From NCBI GenBank assembly GCA_040357565.1, contig JBDODJ010000009.1: a stretch of 64,000 bases of DNA; one strand, 5' to 3'. The DNA is from Cercozoa sp. M6MM. Its lineage: Eukaryota; Protista; Endomyxa: Ascetosporea. The stretch's first letter is position 1. Every line of letters begins with the position of its first letter. The notes under the pieces are model-generated. The model was not told the origin of the DNA, did no database searches, and worked only from the letters and a program-made list of their open reading frames with translations. This document shows, one piece after another, positions 22,328 to 33,630 of this stretch. The position numbers and the translations under genes are program-made.

Positions 22328-24737
22328 GTTGGGCAGCCAACTCCTCCATCTGCGCAAGAGAACCAAAATGAAACGACGCATGGACAAAATCATCACACAC
22401 CTGGTCCTGTCGAGTACAGTAGTCAGCAGCTTGGGCGACGAAGCGCACGTCCGCGGCATTCATGCGCGCGTGCACTGGCAGGTAGACGACGTGTCTGATT
22501 GAAACACACGGGTACATTAATGCATGAGAAACACTTGCGATGCAGTGAGACACACCGCATAAGGAACTGCGCAGACGTAGGCTGCGGGAACAAAGACGAG
22601 AACTGTTCGAGTTCTGCTGGCACTGGCACGTAGCTCAGCTGTGTGGCTCCTGTATCACACAAAGCAGTCATGTACACACACAAAGCAGTCACACACAGAC
22701 ACACAGACACACACAGACACAGACACAGACACAGACACAGACACAGACACAGACACAGACACACACACACATACACACAGCAATGAAATATAGAACAAGG
22801 TACCAACGAAGCAGAGCACCTTGAGCTTCTTCATTCGCTCAACGAACTCGGTGGGCGACTTGACCAACAGTGGGCACAACTGCACCCGCAGAAAGTTAGT
22901 TCAAAAGAAGAGCACGACAACGAGACATACCCAGAAGCCAAGTTCAAAACAATCGAGTCCAGGCATGTAGCAGCGCGGTTCACGGCCTTGCTGCGGCAGG
23001 TGTCGCAGGAACCGCTGCAGCAGCTGCCTTCGGTGCTCAACGTCCTTGCCTGCACTCGATTGGAAAGGTAACAGGGGATAGTTGGAAAAACGGGATAATA
23101 AAAGAAGTACGCTCGTAGTTGCGCATGCGGTAGCGCAGCGTGGCCATCAGTGCGCGACTCGGACGCTGCCGAATACCGGACAACATGGCGGCCACACTCG
23201 GGAAGCCTCGAACCATGCCAACGAACTTGGCCGACAAGTCCTTGTCTGAGGGGCAGTGAGTAGACAGGTATTCGGTATCGCAAGTAACTGTACCCATTGC
23301 AAACATCGTGGCGAGACCCGGCGAGATGCTACCAAAAAGAACAAGCGTGCAACAAAGTAAGGAAGCGGTAGTACGTATGGTGGGAGTACATGGGCTCTTG
23401 CAGCAGCACAGAGACAAAGGAGTACTTGGCCACCTTTTTGGCATACGTGCTTTTCGGTTGCAATGGGAACTTGTCTATTGCGGAACAAGGTCAAAGGATA
23501 CAAAGAGAGTAACTGGAGGGAGTACCGTGAACTCGCTTCATCTGCTGCATCAAATCGGCATCGTTGAAGCGCACGAGACAGCCACCAAACGCGTGTGCGT
23601 GTTTAATGGCACCTGCAGTACATACAACCTCCTCAAATAACCTCCTCAAATAATAAACACAAACAAGGTAGTAAACGACTGTACCAAAAGAGAACAGTGA
23701 CATTAGGCTTCGGTCATCGCCGTGCCAGAACCGTCCCTACCAAAGTTGTTGTTCTCCACGACCGGCGATACTATTATCCGAGGAAGGATGTACCTCAAAC
23801 GCTTCCGCAGCATCCTCGATCACTTCGACCTAAACACAGAAAAGAAGTAAAGGGCACGAGGCAAAGGAAATGAACGAGCAGAATCCATGCACCGGAGGCA
23901 GACCACTCTGCGCGCGGACGGCGTTGCACTCGTCGACCACGCGGAAGATGCGGTCCATGTCGAGTCGCCTGCCGTACACGTGCGATACCATGAGTGCTAC
24001 GGCATCACCGACGCCATCGCGACGCAGATCAGGAGCGTTCGCACCAACACCGTCATCTGCGAGTCAATATGACCGTTCAAGAAAGCACAGTATGACTAGG
24101 TAAACGCGATACCAGGCGACTGCTTGACCGAAACATTGCGATCGATCGACGACACGTCCGCCAGAATGGCGTGTCGCAACTGCTCATCACTCGGCTGGAA
24201 CGTGTCGATGCTAACGTCCACCGGAATCGGCCACAGTCCTGTCATACACTCATGTACATACACGAGATCAACATATTTAACGGGAAGGGGCATATACCAT
24301 GCGAGCGAATCACACGCAGCATGTCCGGGATGTTGATGCCAGTCAATAGCAAGCGACTCCCGCGCGGAAAGTTACTGTGTAACACCAGAGCTGTACAAAC
24401 ACGTCTGCGCATGGAGCTGTATGTGTGTTTGCGTACCGACACTTAAGGTAGAGGTCGGTGGCACTGCGCACCGACAGCATCGGCATCGTCTTGCCGGACG
24501 GGTCAAAGGCCTTGGCACATGACTCCGACAGCTTCTCGTAATTCTCCTTGTTCAGCAGATTGCCCGCTGCGCGCGCTGCGTGACAGACACCGCCGTCGAC
24601 TACAGTAAACACGGCGCATCAGCGATCGCCCAGTGAGCTTAACGAAGTCAGGCTGGTTCACACAATCACGTACCCAAGATGGAGACGGCAGGATTGACAC
24701 CAAAGGGGTTGCGCTGCTTTGGTGGAGTCTGCGACAT
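22323..24737 (-). CDS. DegT/DnrJ/EryC1/StrS-family PLP-dependent aminotransferase
   Basis: Spliced motifs SVRSATDLYL, GINIPDM, PIPVDV, SHVYGRRLDMD, VIEDAAEAF (PLP Asp), FSF|GAIKHAHAFGG (Schiff-base Lys), C-terminal VVYLPVH. Confidence 0.8.
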
Positions 24738-25342
24738 CTTCTTCGAATTTACACTATCACTTTGCAAAGCCGTTTGCGGAAACCCAGTTTTGATCGTCAG
24801 TTGCGAGCGTGGATAATCTTGGGAGGATGATGATCGATTGGCTCAAGATTCTGTCGACCTGCACACCCGACCGAGAAACTTTACAGCTCGAATTTCCGCA
24901 AAGCCTGCACCTAAGTGGCTGCTCGATGGATCGTCTCCAGTCGCGCGCATGTTTTAAATATTGATGTTTATGCTTCGGCGCTCCGGTTGGGCCAGGGACT
25001 GGTCGAACTGTACTGTAAATTTAAACCGCCAGCAAAGTAAAACCAGCGGACACACGAGGTGAGACTAGCACGTGCTACTGCTGCCTGAGGGCTCCTAACA
25101 GGTGAGGCTTGCTGTTTCTGCGTAAATCGCGTTTCGAAGAATTAACGAGGTTGATCGGCGCGATTGCTGAGCGCTATGGTGCCTGGAGTGTTACGGATGG
25201 CGTTTTTGGGCACCCGGGTCACCAAAACACGCAAATTTGTCCGCACCGATTTACCCACCTTTTGTGTCAGTGACCAGTTTCTCTATTGTTTTCCGGGTTG
25301 CTGCTGGGTTTTGTATTGTATCCTTCCTGTGCTTGAGAACAG

Positions 25343-27356
25343 ATGGTGCTTCGCTCACTGTGGGGAAATGGCACGCAGGTACCCGATTGCCACATGTATT
25401 GTGCGCATCTGTGTATATTGTGGAACTGCAGGCGCGTCAGCAGCCACCAGACGCTGGTACTCCTGCTCGCGAAAGGAGCGTCTCCTCTCGCATCGTGGTA
25501 GTTGACTGTATTGTGTATTATTTTTATGCAAGCGTACAAGCTGTGTGCTGCAGCAACCGAAGAGCCCAGACTTTCCAGCTTTGATCGTGCCGCGTGCGGA
25601 CCGGGGTACCTTCTTTCTTGGGTACACCCGTGTTTTGGACATGGACACGAGTGTGCACAGATAACTCAACAGCAGCGCCGCTCGTGAGTTCCTCACGATC
25701 CAGCGTGGTATCTGTGTACATCTAAATTGCAATGTGCATGTTGACATCCAGGTGTTTCATCAACAGGCACCAATCATCAGTACGCCGGCATCGCAACGCC
25801 ATCCGACGTCGTCGTCTCAGGAATCGGCGATTATCTTTACGCCGCCCTCTTCAACGTCGACCTCGGTCTCCAGTTCGGTGCGTTTACCTCTTTGAGTCTC
25901 TTGGAGGATATCCGTTTTTGCGCAGACTTCATCGACGCCATCGCGTCCGCCGGTAAACCTGACGGTGCGCAAGTCGCCTGTCAACGTGATCTCGCGTGCC
26001 ATTGGTTCGTTAAGGTTCTGCGTTGCCTGTCAACTCAACTACCCTTTGTTTCTTCAGGTCGATCGGCGCAGCAACGGGAGCCCGAAATGGTCACGAAACC
26101 CGCAATTCCGCTCGTGCGCCGTCTCGGGTAGGCTTGCTTGTAGCTCATGGTGTGCTGTGTATGTGTCATTGCGTGTCCTGCAGCGTGCGGAGTGGTGCCA
26201 TGAGTTCGAGTCATGGCGGTGAGCAGCAGCAGGGTCACTTCGAACTGGACCCCGACGCCGAGCGTGTGCTTCGCATGCGAGGCGGTGCGTTTCTCCATCT
26301 CACGCGTTGTATAGTCTTAACTTCATGTATGTAGATGGTGTCCTCCGCGTTGTGAACTTTGTGGGTGCCACTCGCCAAGGCAAGTCGCTCCTTGCATCAG
26401 TTGTGTCGGCTGCCCTGGGTATCCTCGTGTACGATTCAAAGCAGCGTTGTCTTGATGCTTTGTGTCTTGTGCGTTTGCGAAGGCGACGCGCACCACTTCC
26501 GCACATCGCAGCGACTCGCGAGCTGCACCGAGAACGCGTGGATCTCGCGTCCTGGTACGCCTACTCTCCTTTGCCTTGTGTTGCTCCTGCAACGTATGCA
26601 ATCTGCAGTGGCCGTGGGCGATGTCGATGCACGCGTGGGCGACATTTTGGCTCGACTGCAGGGACGTGCCAACGTCGTGCTGTGCGATGTCGAAGGCTTT
26701 GGCGATACGCGCTGTGCTGGTAGTGTCCATACATGTGTCTGTGTTTAAGATCTACACATATGCCACGTTATATTCAGGTGAGACACTAGCCTCGGCTTTG
26801 CAAGCACTGGCTGCCACCACTGTGTTGGTGACGACATGTCCCGCCGACAACAGCAACGTGCACCGTCTGTTTGATGTGGTGCAGCACTCGCTTGACCTCA
26901 TGCGCAAGACTGGCATCGACGAGGTACCCCAGCTTGTCCTTACTCCTTACCAACGCTCTCTGTGTCAGTATGTGATGACTGTTGTTGCTTGAAGCATGCT
27001 TGCCGCACGGGTCGACAGCTGCTGCTCGCAGTGCGTGATGTCAACGGTGCTGCCTTGCACGACGACGATGGTACTGCGCATCTGCTTTCAGTTTGATAGT
27101 CTAGACGTTGGGTCTGTTCACACAGGCGAAACCGAGCTGCGTCGCTACGTGCGCGACATCATGGTGGGCAGCGCCGACGATGCGCTGTCGCACAAGCGGC
27201 AGGTTATCCGCGACTTCTTCCCCGACATCCGGGTGGTCGTACTGCCCAACGTGCCGCGCCTCGATGCCAGCGACGCCGTGCGGGCGTGTGCACGCAACCA
27301 CGCCTCGCCGCGCACGCCACCCGAGTTCGTTAGTGCAGGTACGCTTGTGTCCATTG

Positions 27357-27391
<35 letters not shown>

Positions 27392-28651
27392 CATGTCAGC
27401 ATATACCGTATCTTGCCACTGTGCAGTGCAACAAGTGGCCGACGTGCTGGCGGGACGACCTGATCCGCGCGGACGGCAGCAGCAAGTCAAGTACCTTGTC
27501 CTGAATGTCACCTTGTGGTTTGCGTATATTTATGCTGTGCTGGTAGAATGTTCGCCATGCGCGGACAGGAGCCACGACCTCTGGTGGGAGACACGTGCGT
27601 TGCAGTTTTGCGCGCCGTTGTGCAGCACCTGGGCGACACAGAACGCCGCATCGCGGGCGAGCAGCTGCGCGACGCCGTCAGCAGGTGCGTCATCTTGACA
27701 TACTATTTCTCCTGTGCACGTGCATGGTGTGTGGTTGTGTATGTATGTGTTGGCAGTACCATGGCGGAGCAACTGGCTGATGAGCACTTGCGCGAGTTAA
27801 AGCAAGTGCTGGACGACGCCTCGGACACGGTGCAGAAGCTGCGCAGCACGACTGGCACCATGAGTGGTACCTTCGCCCTTCCACTGAATTACCTGCTTAC
27901 GGTACGCTGACGCTTCGGATGTGCACAGCCACGGAGACGCAGTTGTCGGCCGAGCAACTGGCACCTGACCGCCTCAAGGTGCAGGTGCAGCAACTGCAGT
28001 TCGAGGCCATGCAGCGCTTTGAGGTGCCTTGTCTCTGCACTCTCCGTTGTCTTTAGATGTCGCCTTGTACGAGTGTTTTTGTGTAGGCTGCTGTACGGTC
28101 ACTGAACCCACGTGCAGTGGAACCGCAGCGACAACGCTTCCGCGAGATCTCGCGTGGCTACTGTGATGGTGCCATCCTGTCTCGGCCTGCAGTCATGCAG
28201 ATGTGTAACTATCTCTTGTGGGTAGGCTGGTTGCGAGAGCACCTGGAGGCGTCGTTCGACCAGACAGCACGAAGAACACACGTATCTTGTGTCACTTGTC
28301 TTACCTTTGTGCGTGTGTTGATCATCCCTCCCGTCATCAGGAACTGGAACGCGAGAACGTCGAGTTGCGCGCGCAAGTCGGCGCCATGTCATCGCGCGAC
28401 GAGGAACGGCGAAGAGGTGCCGCGCTCTCTTGTGTCTGCTCTACACACACAACACGCACGTATACATATGCACAGACAACGAGCGCGAGGACAACGACTG
28501 GTCGCTCGGACTGCCGTCGGTGCCGCAGTGGCTGCGCCGTCAGCTCATGCAGAACGCCTCCTCGCTCGGTGTGGCCTCGGCGCTTTTCTTTGCCTGGAAG
28601 GTGCTGCCACTCTTCGCCCGGCGACCAGCACAGCCTGAGGTACGTAGATTT

Positions 28652-28703
<52 letters not shown>

Positions 28704-29156
28704 ACAACTTGTGCATGCAGTACCGGTACGTCCCGGCACCGGCTCCGTACATGCATCACCCGCAGATGGCGCACGCACCTCCACCGCCTGCACCGACTCC
28801 GGCACCTGTCGCTGCTCCTGCACCGGCACCGGCCCCTGTACCTCAGCCGTATCTGGATCGTCTGCAGCACTTACTGTTTGTCTCATACGCTGTCTGTCAA
28901 CGCAGGTGCAGTCCCTGGCAGCACCTCCTTCGCCGCCACCGGCACCTGCGCCTGCTCCGGCGCCACACTCGCCCTTTACCTTCGACAGCACCATGTTCGC
29001 GCGTGACGGCGTCGTGCGACAGAGCGCTGAACTCGGCGCGATCGGTACTGTTTTTTCGAGGGCGATTTCCCTACTCTGCGGTACTTTCTTTATTGTGTGT
29101 GCGCAGGTTCTGTGGCCTGGGCGGCGATTCGACTTATCACGCGACTCCCCAAGTAG
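25343..29156 (+). CDS. Guanylate-binding protein / atlastin-like (GB1/RHD3) large GTPase with helical region, hydrophobic segment and Pro/Ala-rich tail
   Basis: G1 VGATRQGKS, G2 SCTENAWI, G3 LCDVEGF, G4 AVRD; IRDFFP..VVLP; coiled/helical region; hydrophobic LGVASALFFAWKVLPLF; ~20 GT-AG introns. Confidence 0.8.
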
Positions 29157-29356
29157 TTAACGTTAAAGATAAAAACGGCACGCATTGACTCTTCTTACAA
29201 TAGACGAGGTGTTAAGCTCAATGAATCGACTCACACCATCGTTTACCTTTAACTTTTGACAACTAACGATTACGTTCGGTTATGTATCATCAGGTATTCC
29301 TTGTATCCGAATTAGCACTCCGTCGACTTACTCAAGTCTGTTTGTCGGTAGCGTAG

Positions 29357-29828
29357 CTAGCGCAGCTTCTGCGTAACGGTGTCATTGCGCAGACCGACCT
29401 GCTCGAGAGTCGCTTTCGGCTACACACACCAACCATATGTATGGCGCCTGTGTTGTTTTTTAGATGTACATCGGTGAGTGGGCGCGGCGGAAAGCCAGCA
29501 AGCATCGTGAACGGCGCCGTGAAGTTTGACACGCTGGAAGCAAAACCCAGGTTAGATGTAAACTCACATTCGGACTGGTACGGAAAGGGAGAGCGAAGAG
29601 TACGCCATCAGGTGCTGGTAGACATCCAACACAGTGGCAGACAGGTTGAATGTCACGCGGAAACGCTGTCGCTGGTGTGTCACCTGCCACACATCAACAG
29701 TAGGTTAACAAGACATATGGGGAGGGTGGTACCAACTGCAGAGTGGTGGTAGGTAGTGAAGGGTCGGCACGGTACTCCTGCATTTAGAGCGGGTGATTGC
29801 AGACCCGTAGTGTGACACACCACACACA

Positions 29829-29859
<31 letters not shown>

Positions 29860-30651
29860 GCGGAGTATACCTGAGGCACGGCACTGTCGAAGCCGACGTC
29901 CAAGTCAGTGGCACTCGCGCCGTCCTGCAGGTGGGATATATATATATATAACACGAGATTGGGTAAGCACGTACGGTGAGCGACATTCCGACGCCCTGGA
30001 ATGCCTGAAACTGTGGCTTGGGCGGCTCATAGTTCTCCTCGATCTGACGCACGGCAACGGCGACCTCGGGACTCGCATTCTGCGCCTGCGGTGCAGCACA
30101 GTTTAAGGAGAGGTCAGCAGGGACACATGTGCACATACCTGCATCTGCGGCATCAGCTGGGGCGGGACTTGACTCCTCTGCAGGCACGCCAGATGAGTTA
30201 ACTGTTGTACCCAAGGCAGCACTGAAAAGAACAGATACTTTAAGGGTTTCGATGAACTGCTCGCGCTCCTCGGGCGCCAGGGGAACAAACTCGCCGTCAT
30301 TCAGCATGAAGCCGTTCACTGTAGTGACATTGTTAGAAACACACCGGCACAGACACGAGATGTACAAATGCAGAAGGAACGGTACGGTAGATCTTGATGA
30401 GGTGCTGCTGAAGTTCGCCATCGTGGCCGCGCAGCACTGCCGTGCCTGTTCGCGAACATTTATATGACACATCCATATAAATGTATACATGTTTGGATAC
30501 GATACCGGACGTGGCACCCTGCTGTTGCCACTCCTTTTCCTGCGCAGAACATTGTGCACCTTTCAGACAGAGTCAACATGGCCGAGGCAGACAAGGAAAC
30601 CTCGTTGTCGTCATTCTTGCGACCAAAAAAATCGCTGAATGAAATGGGCAT
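29357..30651 (-). CDS. SEP + SHP-box + UBX domain p97/Cdc48 adaptor (p47/p37/UBXN2-like, no UBA seen)
   Basis: NGFMLNDGEF..REQFIETLK, SHP box FQAFQGVGMSL, PTTTLQL..RVTFNLSATVLDVY..AGFPPRPLTD|PKATLEQVGL; stop at 29357. Confidence 0.85.
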
Positions 30652-31427
30652 CTCTTGCGTATCCCCCGATCAGCACCACAGTAGCACGTGCTGTAGAATT
30701 ACTGGCACCTCAGCACACGGGTTGAGAGTGTCCTAGGTTTGGTTTTTGCCCGTAGTGGCCCAAATCGATTTCCGAATCAGCAAGTGCTTGTGGCTGTGGT
30801 ATCGATGGTTTATGGATTTTAAGTTACTGATCTTGAACCCGTAGTTTTTTCATGAGCTCAGACTGTCCTCAAACCCCCGTAGTGTTGTTCTTGTATTCGG
30901 CAGGTGCGCTCGGCCCATGATATGAGTTTGATTTGCAAGCACCTGGCACAATAATTGCGAGGTTGTGCACGCTGAGCAGTTCATGCCACCGGTGGTATCT
31001 GTTGTGTGGTGCACCCTATCCTCACACTGCTCAAGATGGTGGTTAGATGTCCTCTTTTTGACCTGTATACATTTTCCTGCCAGCTGCGGTGTACAGCGAC
31101 CAAACTGTCAAGAAGGAAAAAGGGGAGGTCCGGGACCAGGAGACTGGCTCGCTGATCCCGCTGTAGAGATTAGAATCACCCCGACACCCGAAGGCGAGGT
31201 GAACGTGATTGTTGTGCTTGTACTTCACCAAACTAGACGCCTGTCGAAGACTGTGTACCACTCTTCCGTGTCGTCGTCTTAGCTTCGTCCTGGTCGAGTG
31301 GGGTTCAAGTAGCCGCGCGGCCTCACGACGGTCCGAGAAGGTACCGTGCCGCCTGGCTCTGTTCTTACGTTATAATACTTGACCGCAACACCCCGGTTAA
31401 ATGCACAGTGACAGCCGAGCAGCGGAA

Positions 31428-32485
31428 CTAGAGCAGTCGCAAGAAATCAAACACACGTGGCGCGACTGCGACAGCGGTGAACCCTGCAAACGGAAAAAGC
31501 ATCCAACGTTGCTTAAGTTCTGGAGTGACTAAATGCACGGTACCGACAACGCCGTATGTCACGAACTTGGACGGGATCTGCAGAAAGCAAAAAAAGTAAC
31601 AAAGATTCATCGTAGACAACAGCGGTAGAGCGTGCATCATACCTCGACGATGTACTTGCGAGTGGCTGCGTTGATGGTAGTCGGAACCAGACATTCCAGC
31701 AGCCATGCCGTCGACGGTCGCAGCAGCGTTCTCGGCAGCAACATGACAAGCAGACCTACCACAAACTTGACGGGCGTCCAAACCGGCGACCACGGCAGCT
31801 GCGATGACTGGTGATGCGGGAGTGCGCACAAGACGCCCACGGCCACACTCACGATGAGAGTCGTGTCACCTGAACAACCAGTGTGCCCACAGGCATCCGC
31901 GCGGTTGCACAAAAGTACCAAGGGACCGTGTCCAATGTGAGGCACGAGGGTGCATCAAAAGCGCGATGGCACCACATGCGATGCATAGGAGAGGCGAGAC
32001 TGTGACCTGCAGGGGGGGGTATACGGGAGTCAAGGAATAGGGCAATGCAAGACACCTCACTCCACTGGACATCCACAAATGTAAACACAACGAAGGTGAC
32101 AGCTCCAATCGTCATGCCCTGCACCGCACTCAGGTATCGCAAGAGCATAGGGTCAAAGGGTAACACGAGTAAGCACCCCAACGACATCGCCTGGCAGGTG
32201 TGCCCCGACGTAGACGCGGCTGAGGCAAACGTAGGCGCCGTGAACGACAGCCAGCACGTACTACAAAAAGGTAAGTTATGACCAACACAGAGAGAGTGAA
32301 ACAGGTACCCAAAAGGCAGACACGTCGAGTCGCCAGCAGCAGAAAATCCCTGCACTCACCATTGACACGTCGTTAAAGTAGGTAGGTAGGTAGGGAGGTA
32401 GGTAGGGAGGTAGGTAGGGAGGTAGGGAGGTGGGGAGGTATGTGGGCGGACAGGTAGATAGATAGATATATAGATAGATAGATAG

Positions 32486-32540
<55 letters not shown>

Positions 32541-32550
32541 NNNNNNNNNN

Positions 32551-32597
<47 letters not shown>

Positions 32598-33312
32598 CAG
32601 ATAGATGAATAGATAAATAGATAGATGGGTGGATGGAGATGGATGGTAGATAGATGGATAGATAGAATAGATAGATAGATACAGAGAGAAACGTGGCATA
32701 CCTACAAAAGCAGGAAAGCACGCGTGTGTCGATGGCCAGCCGAACTCATCTGCGTAGTGCTACACAGACACAGCAACATGCACTGATAGAACGGTTGCTC
32801 ACAGAGAACGTACCTGTTCGTAGCAGCGACCGCGCTTAGCCAGAAATGCCGAGGGACGCGGCAACTGCATCACTGTTCGCACACACTATAATAACGCAGT
32901 GACACAAAAGGATATGAGGGTAAAGCTACAGTCCTTAAGAACTTGACCGATGTACATAACAGTGACCCAGAAAACAATAACGCTTGCTGCCAGCTCGCTC
33001 TGTGCGAACCTGCAAGTACACAGAAGACGCCTTCGTTCTGTCGAACTTGGTAGTATTTGAATTGTCGTATCAAATACCAGAACAGTGCCGGGAGGAAGGT
33101 AAAATAGAATATCTCGTTTCCGGTGGCAGCACACAGTAGCAAATAATAGTGCAGCAGCGGCACTACAAAGACTCTGTCAGATGGTAAACAGGGACACTGT
33201 ATCCATATAAATATAACAATGTAACGACACCTCGTCGGACGACGCCTTGCACATGCATAGCTAGACCTACACCGTGTTCCACCATCACACTAACCAGCCT
33301 TTTCTTTGGCAT
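31428..33312 (-). CDS. Sphingoid-base-1-phosphate phosphatase-like PAP2 protein (SGPP/Lcb3 family)
   Basis: GNEIFYFTFLPALFW, YIGQVLKD|LMQLPRP (C1), EFGWPSTHA (C2), SRVYVGAHLPGDV (C3), IPSKFVTYGVVG; start uncertain. Confidence 0.88.
32378..32680. repeat. (GTAG/GGAG)n and (GATA)n tetranucleotide array in a PAP2-gene intron
   Basis: Direct observation; includes a 10-N gap. Confidence 0.95.
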
Positions 33313-33630
33313 TTCGGGCGACGCTGTGCAGCCCACAACCTGCACATAAGAAATTCACATCATCTGCAAACAACCGGCCCACTTTGAAGAAGTAGAACCT
33401 TTTGACAGGCAAACAACCATGGGAGCACTAGACGCTGTGCGGTTGACCAATCCGCCATCTCGCGTGTAGTATCACACCACTACAGCAGGCAGGTTTAATC
33501 ACGGTTCTAGCACATAATATTTTTATCGACTGTCGATCAGTGCTGTACAAAGAAAAAAAGACATTGAAGTCGGGGGGCCTGAAGCGCTGTGTTGTGCACG
33601 CGCGGCAGGTGATACCAGAGAGGGCCGTGG

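Noticed and set aside
30900-31330. Small + strand gene or TGA-containing selenoprotein
   Set aside because: No consistent spliced frame, no known Sec motif, no SECIS seen.
33465-33476. GTGTAGTATC resembling the U2 snRNA branch-recognition region
   Set aside because: The flanking U2 5' stem (…GGCTAAGATCAA) and Sm site are absent.
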